DNA of 46,129 nt from an uncultured bacterium. Lineage in GTDB: Bacteria; Fidelibacterota; Marinisomatia; Marinisomatales; Marinisomataceae. Shown here one piece after another: positions 26,278 through 35,714 of the stretch; positions within the stretch are counted from its first letter, which is position 1, and every line of letters starts with the position of its first letter. The position numbers were made by a program, and so were the translations under genes. The DNA lies in NCBI GenBank assembly GCA_965656415.1, contig CBFHKL010000002.1, positions 1 to 46,129 on the forward strand, written 5' to 3'. Below the pieces are notes generated by a model. It saw nothing but the letters and a program-made list of their open reading frames with translations, made no database searches and had not been told where the DNA came from.

Positions 26278-27215
26278 TCTTTCCCTTTTATTTCATCAAC
26301 AATCTCATAGGGAGATTTTAATTTTATTAATGATTTATCAATACTTTCTAAAAGTGATATTCTTTTGTTATTCCAAAATTTGTTTAAAATATCTTTTTCA
26401 ATAATAGATTTTATTCTTCTATTATATCTTAGAATCTTCTTTTCTTGGATGTTGTCATTATCTTTCATTGAATTAAAATATGAAACAATTTCATCTGCAA
26501 ATTCTTCAAGACCTTCGTCGGTTTTGCAACTTGTTTTGAAAATTGGAATTTTTTTTGCATCTTTTTTCGTTGATGATAAAATATTGTTGATAGATTTAAC
26601 TAAAAGGTTTGAATCTTTTCTATCTGACTTATTTACAACAAATACATCAGCCAATTCTAAAATACCTGCTTTAAGTAATTGAATTTCATCTCCTGACTCA
26701 GGAACAAAAACAAGAGTTGTCAAATCTGTTATTTCGGAAACACTGTATTCAGACTGACCAACTCCAACTGTTTCAATAAAAATAATATCTTTTCCGCTAA
26801 AAGCTAAAATGTCACTAAAGTCTTCAGCTAGATCAGTTACTCCTCCAAGTTCAGCTCTTGATCCCATACTTCTAACAAAAACATCGTTATCATTAACAGC
26901 ATTATTTATTCTAACTCTATCTCCTAAAAATGATCCACCCGTTATAGGACTAGAAGGATCTACAGCTATTACACCTACAGATAAGTTTTGTTTTCTTATA
27001 AGAGGAATAAGCTTATTCATTAATGAACTCTTTCCTGCTCCAGGAGGACCTGTAATGCCAATTTTAAGCGAATCGTGAGATTCTTTAAATATAAGTTGAG
27101 ATACTTCTTTTCTGGAGAAAACTTTATTCTCAATACCGGTCATTAACTCAGATATAGAAATAAAATCATTTTTTTTAGCTTTATCTGCTATTTTTTTCAA
27201 ATTTTTTGTCGACAT
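26274..27215 (-). CDS. meaB: MeaB/ArgK-type G3E family P-loop GTPase
   Basis: Walker A is GITGPPGAGKSS. ETVGVGQSE and VVNKSD (NKxD) are also present. The length and layout fit MeaB/ArgK. Confidence 0.85.
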   Translation of the reverse strand: MSTKNLKKIADKAKKNDFISISELMTGIENKVFSRKEVSQLIFKESHDSLKIGITGPPGAGKSSLMNKLIPLIRKQNLSVGVIAVDPSSPITGGSFLGDRVRINNAVNDNDVFVRSMGSRAELGGVTDLAEDFSDILAFSGKDIIFIETVGVGQSEYSVSEITDLTTLVFVPESGDEIQLLKAGILELADVFVVNKSDRKDSNLLVKSINNILSSTKKDAKKIPIFKTSCKTDEGLEEFADEIVSYFNSMKDNDNIQEKKILRYNRRIKSIIEKDILNKFWNNKRISLLESIDKSLIKLKSPYEIVDEIKGKE

Positions 27216-27265
27216 AGCGTAATTTAAAGGATAAAACTTAAAACCATAATCAAATTAGAAAATTA

Positions 27266-27294
27266 TTGACATCTATTTCTTAATAGAATAAGTT
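27266..27294 (+). promoter_or_regulatory. Candidate sigma-70-type promoter for rpsT
   Basis: Perfect TTGACA (27266-27271), a 17-nt spacer, then TAAGTT (27289-27294, fitting TAnnnT), in the 77-nt divergent gap. The ATG at 27308 is 13 nt beyond the -10. Motif-only call. Confidence 0.35.
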
Positions 27295-27307
27295 GCAACC
27301 ACATTTT

Positions 27308-27562
27308 ATGGATAGACATAAACAACAAATAAAAAGAGATAGACAAGATTTAAAGAGGCGAGCAATCAACTCTCAAAATAAGTCAAGAATGCGTACACTT
27401 ATTAAAAGTGTCCTTACTGCTGACACAAAAAAAGCTGCAGACGAACATTACTCCAGTGCTGTATCTTTCATAGATAAAATGGCTAGTAAAAATATTATTC
27501 ATAAAAATAATGCTGCAAGGCAAAAATCAAAGATTTCTAATCACTTAAATTCTTTAAAATAA
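27308..27562 (+). CDS. rpsT: 30S ribosomal protein S20
   Basis: MDRHKQQIKRDRQDLKRRAINSQNKSRMRTLIK aligns position for position with typical S20 N-termini (MANHKSA.KR.RQ.EKRR..N). I therefore prefer the ATG at 27308 over the track's TTG at 27293. Confidence 0.9.
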   Translation: MDRHKQQIKRDRQDLKRRAINSQNKSRMRTLIKSVLTADTKKAADEHYSSAVSFIDKMASKNIIHKNNAARQKSKISNHLNSLK

Positions 27563-27566
27563 AGAA

Positions 27567-29030
27567 CTACTTATCATGCCCTTGATAATTAGGGGCTTCC
27601 TTAATAATACTTACTTCATGTGGGTGACTCTCTTTGACTCCAGCAGATGAAATTTCTATAAATTTTTTGTTTTTATAAAATGCGCTTAGATCTTTAGCAC
27701 CGCAATAACCCATAGAAGACTTTAGTCCTCCGACTAACTGAAAAATTGTATTATTTACAGGACCTCTAAAAGGAACCATACCTTCAATCCCTTCAGGAAC
27801 CAACTTAAGTTCATCTTTTTCTTGCTGAAAGTATCTTTCTCCGCCGCCTTCTTTCATTGCAGCTAATGAACCCATACCTCGATAAGACTTATATCTTCTT
27901 CCTTCGTAAACAATAGTTTCTCCTGGACTTTCATCCATTCCTGCAAGCATACCTCCAAGCATTACTACGTTTGCTCCAGCAGCTAGGGATTTGGCAATAT
28001 CTCCACTATATCTAATACCTCCATCAGCAATGATAGGTATTTTGTGTTTCATTCCAATTTTAGCACAGTCCATTACTGCAGATAACTGAGGTACCCCTAC
28101 ACCTGCAATGATTCTTGTAGTGCAACTTGATCCAGCACCAATTCCAATTTTTACACAATCTGCACCAGCTTTAATTAAATCCTCGGTTGCTTCAGCAGAC
28201 GCTACATTTCCAGCAATTAAATCTAAAACTGGAAACTCTTTTTTCACTTTTTTTACTAATTCTAAGACAAACTCTGAATGGCCATGTGCAGTATCAACCA
28301 CAATTGCATCAACGCCAACATTGGCTAAAGCTTGGATTCTATCCTTCCAATCATCCCTTACACTGATAGCGGCAGCAACTCTCAACCTACCGTTTTTATC
28401 TTTCGTTGAAAAAGGAAACTCTTCTTTTTTTGTTAAATCTTTAACAGTAATTAATCCATCAAGATTATTGTGCTTATCTACAACCAATAATCTTTCAATT
28501 CTGTGTTCTTGAAGAATTTTCTTTGCATCTTCATTGCTTGTATCAGAATTAACAGTTATTAAATTTTCTGATGTCATTCGATCTTTTACTAGAGTTTCTA
28601 GATCTGATTCAAAGCGAATATCTCTTTTAGTTATAATTCCTACTAACTTACCATTTGATAAAACAGGCAAGCCTCCAATAGAATATTGCTCCATTAACTG
28701 TTTTGCATCTCGAATAGTTTTACCTTCGTCTAATGTTATTGGATTTCTTATCATTCCGCTTTCGTATCTTTTAACCTTATCAACCATTAAGGCCTGATCT
28801 TCAATAGTTAAATTTTTATGAATAACTCCTATGCCTCCCTGTCTAGATAAAGCAATAGCCATTGCAGATTCAGTTACGGTATCCATTGCTGCACTCATAA
28901 TAGGGATATTTAAAGTAATATTTTTTGTTAACTTGGTAGAGCAGTCTACTTCTTTTGGTAAAACAGATGATTTTCTTGGAACTAATAGAACATCATCAAA
29001 TGTTAATTTTTTTTCAACGTTATTGGACAT
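27567..29030 (-). CDS. guaB: Inosine-5'-monophosphate dehydrogenase
   Basis: 487 aa. TIM barrel with an inserted CBS pair, the catalytic loop [10 protein letters not shown], and [23 protein letters not shown] lies 4 nt upstream of the ATG. Confidence 0.97.
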   Translation of the reverse strand: MSNNVEKKLTFDDVLLVPRKSSVLPKEVDCSTKLTKNITLNIPIMSAAMDTVTESAMAIALSRQGGIGVIHKNLTIEDQALMVDKVKRYESGMIRNPITLDEGKTIRDAKQLMEQYSIGGLPVLSNGKLVGIITKRDIRFESDLETLVKDRMTSENLITVNSDTSNEDAKKILQEHRIERLLVVDKHNNLDGLITVKDLTKKEEFPFSTKDKNGRLRVAAAISVRDDWKDRIQALANVGVDAIVVDTAHGHSEFVLELVKKVKKEFPVLDLIAGNVASAEATEDLIKAGADCVKIGIGAGSSCTTRIIAGVGVPQLSAVMDCAKIGMKHKIPIIADGGIRYSGDIAKSLAAGANVVMLGGMLAGMDESPGETIVYEGRRYKSYRGMGSLAAMKEGGGERYFQQEKDELKLVPEGIEGMVPFRGPVNNTIFQLVGGLKSSMGYCGAKDLSAFYKNKKFIEISSAGVKESHPHEVSIIKEAPNYQGHDK

Positions 29031-29150
29031 AAGTATCTCCGGACGTAAAGGGTGGAATAGTTTGAGTTACCAACTTTTTAGAATAAAAAGTTTTAATTAA
29101 GGTCAACATTGGACAATTTAACAAAAAAGTTAAAAAAAACCAGGATATTA

Positions 29151-29909
29151 TTACGCTTGGTCTAATCTCAGAAAATCATACTTTCTTTTTAAAGAAAAAT
29201 AGTAAAACATATTAAAAAAGAGAAAATATGAAAACCCAATAAATCCAAACCAAAGCTCTTTAGTAGCAATAAAGATAAAAATTATCAATGGAAGATATTT
29301 TTGAGCATACACAATAAGATTTTTTGATTTAAAAATTAAAGAAAATACTAAGAATGGTAAATATATCGCAGAACCTGTAGCAAGAATAGGCTCATTAAAA
29401 CTAATCGACAATAACATTGTAATTATTGTCAACAATAATGATAAGGTCAAACTAATATAACTATCTGACCTGTAGATAAGATATAAAACAGTACTCATCA
29501 AAAAATATCCTAACATCATTTTTCCAAAAATAAAAATATCTATAAGTGCATATATAGCTAAAAAAAGAAGGAAATTTGTTTGGAAATCTGACTTAACGGT
29601 TCTGAAAGGACCAAAAGTATCATACTTTCTCATTAACCATAAAAATAGAATAGTATGAAAAATAATATTTACTATCCCAATCCAATCTTCTTTAATTAGA
29701 GAAAAAATATAATTTGTGTTCAAATCAATTGCCATCCTTTTAAAAATAATTATATCGAAAGACTTTACTAAGTAGTGTTGAAAAGCAAACATGCACCACA
29801 TTGGAAAAAACAACTCTAACCTATCGATAAATTCCTTATCAAAAGATTTGAATATGCTTTTAAGAAAATTAAATTGATTTGAATCTTCTGGAAAAAGTCT
29901 TCTTATCAT
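29151..29909 (-). CDS. Polytopic membrane protein, function unknown
   Basis: 252-aa ORF, about 7 hydrophobic spans, rich in F/I/L. It lies 5 nt downstream of the SNF transporter gene. I recognise no family. Confidence 0.5.
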   Translation of the reverse strand: MIRRLFPEDSNQFNFLKSIFKSFDKEFIDRLELFFPMWCMFAFQHYLVKSFDIIIFKRMAIDLNTNYIFSLIKEDWIGIVNIIFHTILFLWLMRKYDTFGPFRTVKSDFQTNFLLFLAIYALIDIFIFGKMMLGYFLMSTVLYLIYRSDSYISLTLSLLLTIITMLLSISFNEPILATGSAIYLPFLVFSLIFKSKNLIVYAQKYLPLIIFIFIATKELWFGFIGFSYFLFFNMFYYFSLKRKYDFLRLDQA

Positions 29910-29914
29910 TTAGC

Positions 29915-31315
29915 TTATATCCATCCAATTGAGTATAGGAAAACAAGAAAAATAAGTACTGGACAAATATATCTTACTATAAAACTAAACAAAGGTTTAA
30001 ATCCTTTTGATTTTACAACTCCATTACCAAAATATATTGAATTTGATTCTCCAATTAATAGATTTCTAATCACCTCGTCAATACCCCAAACGTATCCAGC
30101 AAAAACAGCTAAGAAGAAGCCGCCAAAAGGCAGGAGTATATTTGAGGCTAAATAATCTGCAATATCAAAAAAAGTAAATCCCTTTCCTTGAATATTAAAT
30201 GTAAAATCAGATAAAAGATTAAATGATAAAGCACAAGGAATTGCAGCTAAATAAACTAAAGAAGCCATAATAAGGACTGCTTTTTTTCTAGAAAAATTCT
30301 TTTCATCAACTAAATAAGCAACACTCACTTCAAGAATTGAAATTCCAGAGGTTATTGCAGCAATTGAAAGAAGCAAAAAGAAAAGGAATGCGAAAAAATA
30401 TCCTCCAACTAAATTTGATAGAAGTGGAGGCAATACATGAAATACTAGTCCAGGACCAGCTGTAGGATCATAACCTGAAGAAAATACTACAGTAAAAATT
30501 GCAACTCCTGCCAATATTGCAATAGCCGTATCTAAAAATGCAACTAAATAAGAAGCATTAACTATGTCATCTTTATCTGATAAATAACTTCCATAAGTCA
30601 TCATTGCTCCCATTCCTAAACTAAGAGTAAAGAAAGCATGACCTAATGCTAATAGGATTGTTTGACCATCGATTTTTGTCCAGTCTGGTTGAAAAAGAAA
30701 TGAAACACCCTTATTCGCATCTGGAAGTACTAATCCTTGAACAACCAATATCATTAATATAAATATTAAGATTGGCATAAGGAATTTACTTGCCTTTTCA
30801 AGGCCAGCTCTTACTCCAGATAATAGAATATATACAACAATTGATAAAAATAATGTATGGTAACCTAAAACCCATAAAGGGCTACTATTTTTTAAATTAA
30901 AAAAATCTCCCGCAGTTGATGGGTTTGCAAAAGCAGGAGTATTAAAAGTTCCTACTAAAGCTTCATACGTATATGCAAGAGACCATCCTCCGACAACGCT
31001 GTAAAAGGATAAAATAGTAAAACTAGCTAAAACTCCTAAAGCACCAACGTATTTCCAAAATGGATTATTAGTAAGTGATTTAAATGCACCAACTGGATTT
31101 TTTTTGGTAGCTCTCCCTAATAAAATTTCAATATTAAGAATTGGTAAACCAATTACAATAATGCATATTAGATAAATAAATAGAAATGCTGCCCCGCCAT
31201 TCTCGCCAGCTATGTATGGAAACTTCCAAATATTTCCAAGACCAACAGCTGACCCTGCAGCTGCTAAAATGAAACTAGCTTTTGAACTCCATTGCTCTCT
31301 ATTATTTTCCATCAA
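29915..31315 (-). CDS. Sodium-dependent neurotransmitter:sodium symporter (SNF/NSS) family transporter
   Basis: N-terminal signature W.SK..FILAAAGSAVGLGNIWKFPY, about 11-12 TM spans, 466 aa. Confidence 0.92.
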   Translation of the reverse strand: MMENNREQWSSKASFILAAAGSAVGLGNIWKFPYIAGENGGAAFLFIYLICIIVIGLPILNIEILLGRATKKNPVGAFKSLTNNPFWKYVGALGVLASFTILSFYSVVGGWSLAYTYEALVGTFNTPAFANPSTAGDFFNLKNSSPLWVLGYHTLFLSIVVYILLSGVRAGLEKASKFLMPILIFILMILVVQGLVLPDANKGVSFLFQPDWTKIDGQTILLALGHAFFTLSLGMGAMMTYGSYLSDKDDIVNASYLVAFLDTAIAILAGVAIFTVVFSSGYDPTAGPGLVFHVLPPLLSNLVGGYFFAFLFFLLLSIAAITSGISILEVSVAYLVDEKNFSRKKAVLIMASLVYLAAIPCALSFNLLSDFTFNIQGKGFTFFDIADYLASNILLPFGGFFLAVFAGYVWGIDEVIRNLLIGESNSIYFGNGVVKSKGFKPLFSFIVRYICPVLIFLVFLYSIGWI

Positions 31316-31739
31316 TATCTCCTGTCTCTGACTGTGGATCGTTTTCTTTAACTATTTTATCAAAATCATCTAGATGTGCTTCAACAACAGAATCCAGAAT
31401 TCCATAAAAATACAATCCAATTGCTATCCAAGCAAAACGATTTCTCTCTCTTAAATAATAATCTTGAGATTTATCATAACTCTCATTGTAGTCTTTGTAT
31501 TTTTTTCTATTTTCGTTAAAACTATATAAAGAAAAAAGTTCAGCAGCAATTAAAGTATATCCCTTGATTTTTTGATCATTGTATAACTGCCCTACACCTG
31601 GAAAAATCAAAGATTTTTTTAATGCTTCATTAGGATCTTTTGCTTGTTCTTCTGCAGTTCTAAAATCAATCTTCTGCTGAGTGAAACATAGAGAAATTAG
31701 AATCATCCCTATGAAAATATTTTTTATTACCCTAAACAT
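31302..31739 (-). CDS. DUF5683-like small membrane-associated protein
   Basis: The block SLIFPGVGQLYNDQKIKGYTLIAAE resembles the conserved PG.GQ.YN motif of FCB-group DUF5683 proteins, recalled from memory. Confidence 0.55.
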   Translation of the reverse strand: MFRVIKNIFIGMILISLCFTQQKIDFRTAEEQAKDPNEALKKSLIFPGVGQLYNDQKIKGYTLIAAELFSLYSFNENRKKYKDYNESYDKSQDYYLRERNRFAWIAIGLYFYGILDSVVEAHLDDFDKIVKENDPQSETGDIDGK

Positions 31740-32089
31740 TCTACTTCAACATTTGCTCCCATAGGTAAACCTGCAACTTGAATTGTTGATCTAGCAGGAA
31801 ATGGTTCATTGAGCCTTTTTTCAATTTCAGCATTAACCAATGGAGTAATTGACAAATCTGTTAAAAAAACTAAAAATTTTCTAACATCATTTAAAGATTT
31901 TCCATTATCTGATAAAACAGCTTCAAGATTATCAAAAACTTGTATGACCTCTTCTTCGACGCTATTATTGTTCAAAGTACCATTTTCAGGGTCAATGGGA
32001 ATCTGTCCTGAGGTTATCCAACCTCCAGAAGATAATTTTCTAAACATTGAGTATGGCCCAACAGGATTTGGTGATTTAAATTTTGACAT
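31727..32089 (-). CDS. ridA: RidA/YjgF family reactive-intermediate deaminase
   Basis: 120 aa. The blocks GPYS......SGQIPIDPENG and PARSTIQVAGLPMGA.VEVE are typical of the RidA family. Confidence 0.9.
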   Translation of the reverse strand: MSKFKSPNPVGPYSMFRKLSSGGWITSGQIPIDPENGTLNNNSVEEEVIQVFDNLEAVLSDNGKSLNDVRKFLVFLTDLSITPLVNAEIEKRLNEPFPARSTIQVAGLPMGANVEVECLG

Positions 32090-32091
32090 AA

Positions 32092-32526
32092 TTACTCCTC
32101 GATTTTACATAAACTTAATGTTGCAAGTCCTATTTCATCATTCATTTTTCGATGAGTTTCATCTCTAAAATCATGAATAATGAATTCTCCAACTGCAGCT
32201 ACTTCCATTTCAAATAAATGCCCCCCAAAAACCTCCATATCATGGGTTCCTAGGGTGATGTGAGCATGCAAGAATGGTTTACCATCTTTTAATGCTACAT
32301 TTCCTTGAAATGATAATAACTCTAATATTTCCTCAAATTTTCTATGAATATAATCTTTTGTATTAATATCGTATGCTCCAATATCAATATTTTTGACTGC
32401 TCCAATACCTGCTAATTGTCCTGAATGAATATTATTTTCAATACAAAAGTTGGTTAATGTTTCCATAACTTTTTCACCCTTCTCAACATAAACGATGAAT
32501 GAATTATTTAATTTTTGAAATTGCAT
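32092..32526 (-). CDS. PPC (DUF296) domain protein
   Basis: 144 aa. The pattern GIGAVKNIDIGAYD...EILELLSFQGNVALKDGKPFLHAHITLG....VFGGHL fits the PPC/DUF296 fold family. Confidence 0.7.
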   Translation of the reverse strand: MQFQKLNNSFIVYVEKGEKVMETLTNFCIENNIHSGQLAGIGAVKNIDIGAYDINTKDYIHRKFEEILELLSFQGNVALKDGKPFLHAHITLGTHDMEVFGGHLFEMEVAAVGEFIIHDFRDETHRKMNDEIGLATLSLCKIEE

Positions 32527-35063
32527 TATATTTCCTCCAAAATACTTAAAATTATTTTTTCAACAACTGCTTTTAAATCATCTGCATTCGTATGAGGTAT
32601 TCCAGCCATAGCAAAATCCTCTCTACCTCCGCCTCCCCCTTGAAGTTCTAATGCAATAGATTTTACCAAATCTCCAGCTTTTAAATTTTTAGCAATTAAG
32701 TCATCAGAAATGCCAATAGATATTGTTGTTTTATTTTCAATTTCAGTAAATAAAAATATTATTCCTGAGTCTATCTTATTTTTAATTTTTTTATTCAAGC
32801 TTTTTAAATCTGAAGCGATTCCTAGCTCAACTTTACTAAAAAATAAATCAGTTCCATTAATTCCCTTTATTGGTTTACTTACTATTAAATCAACATTTAC
32901 ACTATCAAGTAAAATGGATTGACTTTGCTTTTCTACTGCTTTCTTTTGCTCTGCTTCTTTTTGTAATCCTAGTTCTTCTGATTTTTCCTTTAAATACAAA
33001 TCAACTTGATTATGAGTGATAGCATTTATTCTTCGAATTCCAGATGAGATTGCTTTATCATGCTTAATTTTGAATTTATTAATTTTACCTGTACTTGAAA
33101 CATGGGTTCCTCCACATAATTCTTTAGAAAAATCGCCCATGGTAACTACCCTTACTTGATCTCCATATTTTTCACCAAACAATGCAGTAGCGCCCTCTTT
33201 TTTTGCCTCTTCCAAACTTTTGACACTTGTTTCAACTGTGATATCTTCACCTATTTTCTGGTTTACAATTAACTCGATAGCTTCTAATTCCTTTGAAGAA
33301 ATTTTATTTGGATGGGTAATATCAAACCTTAAATATTCTGGATGAACTAAAGATCCTGCCTGATTTACATGGCTACCTAAAACATCTTTTAATGATTGAT
33401 GAAGTAAGTGGGTTGCTGTATGATTCACTTTAATATTATTTCTTCTATCAACGTCTATCATGCAATCTACAGAAAGATTGTCACCGATAGCGCCATTTGT
33501 TAGTGAGCATATATGTAAAACATAATCTCCATTTTTTTGGGTATCATTGACTCTAGCTGAGAAGTCATCATTCCTAATTATACCTGTATCGCCAATTTGA
33601 CCTCCAGACTCCGAATAAAAAGGTGTATTTTCTAGAATAATTATTATGTCATCTCCGCTTTCAGCGTGATTTATAATTTTTGAAGCAATACTTTCATTTT
33701 CATAACCAACAAAAATCGAATGGCTGCTTTTAGTTTCTAAGTTCCATTTTAAATCAAGATTATCCATTTCAAATTTTTGACCAGATTTAGCTAACTCTTT
33801 TTGATTTTTCATTTCAACATCAAAACCATCTATATCAACGGTCATCTTTCTTTCTTCAGCCATAAGCTGAGTTAAATCAAGTGGAAATCCGTAAGTATCA
33901 TATAGCTTAAATGCATCTTTTCCATGTATTTCTGATCCAGATGTACTGCTTACAATTTTTTCAAATTGAACAACTCCATTTTCTAGCGTTCTTAAAAATG
34001 ATTGCTCTTCGGCAAGAATAGTTTGTTCTATGTATTTTTGCTTTTCTTTAAGCTCTGGGTAATGAGAAGACATTGTTGAAACTACTGAATCAACTAACTT
34101 GAATAAAATGGGTTCTTTAATTTCTAAATTCATAGCAAATTTTGATCCTCTTCTCAAAACTCTTCTAACTACATAACCTCTACCATCATTTGACGGAATA
34201 ACTCCATCAGCAATTGCAAATGATAGCATTCTTATGTGATCACAAATAACATTATATGAAACCTCAAAATCTTTATATTTTGTATTAGAAAAATTTTCTA
34301 AATCTTCAATCGTTTTTGCAAATAAGTCAGTTTTATAATTTGAGTCTTTGTTTTGTAACACTGAGCAAATTCTTTCAAGTCCAGCTCCAGTATCTACGTG
34401 CTTTTTTGGTAAATCTTCCATCGTTCCATCTTTTAGACGATTGAATTGAATAAAAACAAGGTTCCATAATTCCCAATATTCAGGAGAATTGTTCACCATT
34501 TCAGCTTTTTGATTATTAGGTGAGCTTCCAACATAGTAGTGAATCTCAGAACATGGACCGCAGGGCCCTGTTTCAGCCATTTCCCAAAAATTGTCTTTAG
34601 CTCCAGAACGTATAATTCGATTTGGATCTATGTCAGTCTTATTTTTCCATAAATCAAAAGCTTCATCATCCTCTTCAAAAACAGTAACCCACAATCTTGA
34701 TTTATCTAACTTCCAAACTTCTGTAAGCAATTCCCAAGACCATTCTATAGCTTCTTTTTTATAATAATCACCAAATGACCAATTACCAAGCATCTCAAAA
34801 AAAGTATGATGAAATCCATCTCTTCCCACTTCTTCTAAATCATTATGCTTTCCGCTAACTCTAATACATTTTTGACTATTAGCCACTCTTAAACTTTGAG
34901 GTTTTTCAGTATTTAGAAAAATAGCTTTAAACTGATTCATTCCAGCGTTTGTGAACAACAAAGATTTATCTCCAACAGGAAGAACCGGTGCGCTAGAAAA
35001 TCTTACATGGCTTTTGCTCTCAAAAAAGCTGATAAATGATTCTCTAATTTTTGAACTTTTCAT
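32526..35063 (-). CDS. alaS: Alanine--tRNA ligase
   Basis: 845 aa. It contains FTNAGMNQFK, the editing-domain HxxxH block (VNHTATHLLHQ), CGGTHV and the C-terminal DHHA1 block LQGGGGGREDFAMAG. Confidence 0.97.
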   Translation of the reverse strand: MKSSKIRESFISFFESKSHVRFSSAPVLPVGDKSLLFTNAGMNQFKAIFLNTEKPQSLRVANSQKCIRVSGKHNDLEEVGRDGFHHTFFEMLGNWSFGDYYKKEAIEWSWELLTEVWKLDKSRLWVTVFEEDDEAFDLWKNKTDIDPNRIIRSGAKDNFWEMAETGPCGPCSEIHYYVGSSPNNQKAEMVNNSPEYWELWNLVFIQFNRLKDGTMEDLPKKHVDTGAGLERICSVLQNKDSNYKTDLFAKTIEDLENFSNTKYKDFEVSYNVICDHIRMLSFAIADGVIPSNDGRGYVVRRVLRRGSKFAMNLEIKEPILFKLVDSVVSTMSSHYPELKEKQKYIEQTILAEEQSFLRTLENGVVQFEKIVSSTSGSEIHGKDAFKLYDTYGFPLDLTQLMAEERKMTVDIDGFDVEMKNQKELAKSGQKFEMDNLDLKWNLETKSSHSIFVGYENESIASKIINHAESGDDIIIILENTPFYSESGGQIGDTGIIRNDDFSARVNDTQKNGDYVLHICSLTNGAIGDNLSVDCMIDVDRRNNIKVNHTATHLLHQSLKDVLGSHVNQAGSLVHPEYLRFDITHPNKISSKELEAIELIVNQKIGEDITVETSVKSLEEAKKEGATALFGEKYGDQVRVVTMGDFSKELCGGTHVSSTGKINKFKIKHDKAISSGIRRINAITHNQVDLYLKEKSEELGLQKEAEQKKAVEKQSQSILLDSVNVDLIVSKPIKGINGTDLFFSKVELGIASDLKSLNKKIKNKIDSGIIFLFTEIENKTTISIGISDDLIAKNLKAGDLVKSIALELQGGGGGREDFAMAGIPHTNADDLKAVVEKIILSILEEI

Positions 35064-35110
35064 TGATAAAATTGTTTCATATGAATCTAAACAAATAATA
35101 TATTCAATGG

Positions 35111-35713
35111 ATGAGAAATAATCTATTAGTAACTATTTTATTTTTAACTTCCTGTTCTTTTATTCTATCTCAAGATTTAACTATTAAAAATTTAAAAATT
35201 GAATCAAAAAATAATGGAACTGTTATTCAATTAGATTCAAATAAAAAAATTAATCTTGAAAATGTTACTGCTTGGTATTCATCCGAATGGTTTTATATGA
35301 CAATATATGCAGCCAATGCAGATAGTCTATCATTGGTAAATTATAAAAATGATTCTTTAAAAAGCATTGAGGTATCTAATAGTGATGAATCCGCTCAAAT
35401 TGCTCTTCAATTATTTTCAAATATCGAGTCATTTGAAATAAATTCTCCAAAGAGAAAAACTTTACAATTTTTTTTAAGAAATAGTCAAACAATTGCTAAA
35501 AACAGTATTTCTAATCTCAATAATAATGTTGACTTTGAAGAAGAGGAAAACGTTTCTGAAGAGGAAGTAATTATTTATGAAAAAGAACAACCAAGAAATT
35601 CTAATAATAAGCTTATTGTTCTTGCAGGATTAGTAGTTTCTGCAGTTGATATTACAAATTCTACATCTTTTGCAGTTGGTGCATTAATAGCGATTATAGC
35701 AAACTTTCTTTAA
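35111..35713 (+). CDS. Secreted/lipoprotein with possible AMIN-like N-terminal domain and C-terminal hydrophobic anchor, function unknown
   Basis: Signal peptide with LTSC. IKNLKIESKNNGTVIQLDSNKKI...YMTIYAANAD loosely resembles AMIN domains. An acidic linker and a C-terminal TM follow. The family call is weak. Confidence 0.4.
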   Translation: MRNNLLVTILFLTSCSFILSQDLTIKNLKIESKNNGTVIQLDSNKKINLENVTAWYSSEWFYMTIYAANADSLSLVNYKNDSLKSIEVSNSDESAQIALQLFSNIESFEINSPKRKTLQFFLRNSQTIAKNSISNLNNNVDFEEEENVSEEEVIIYEKEQPRNSNNKLIVLAGLVVSAVDITNSTSFAVGALIAIIANFL

Positions 35714-35714
35714 T

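Noticed and set aside
29072-29092. 8-bp inverted repeat AACTTTTT-N5-AAAAAGTT upstream of guaB. I considered a terminator for the upstream run or a regulatory hairpin.
   Set aside because: The stem is weak and A-T rich with one G-C pair, and no U-tract follows it on the minus strand. There is not enough evidence to call a feature.
28108-29100. Three sizeable plus-strand ORFs (134, 87 and 89 aa) lying antisense to guaB.
   Set aside because: They lie entirely inside a full-length, strongly conserved IMP dehydrogenase gene. Their products are low-complexity S/T/L/I-rich strings with no recognisable motif. This is typical of shadow ORFs opposite a highly expressed gene.
29031-29150. The longest intergenic gap (120 nt), checked for a purine riboswitch, tRNA or other small RNA upstream of guaB.
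   Set aside because: I could find no guanine-riboswitch core, no tRNA-like T-loop or acceptor pairing, and no conserved structure. It is more simply a promoter plus a leader bearing GGAGAT.
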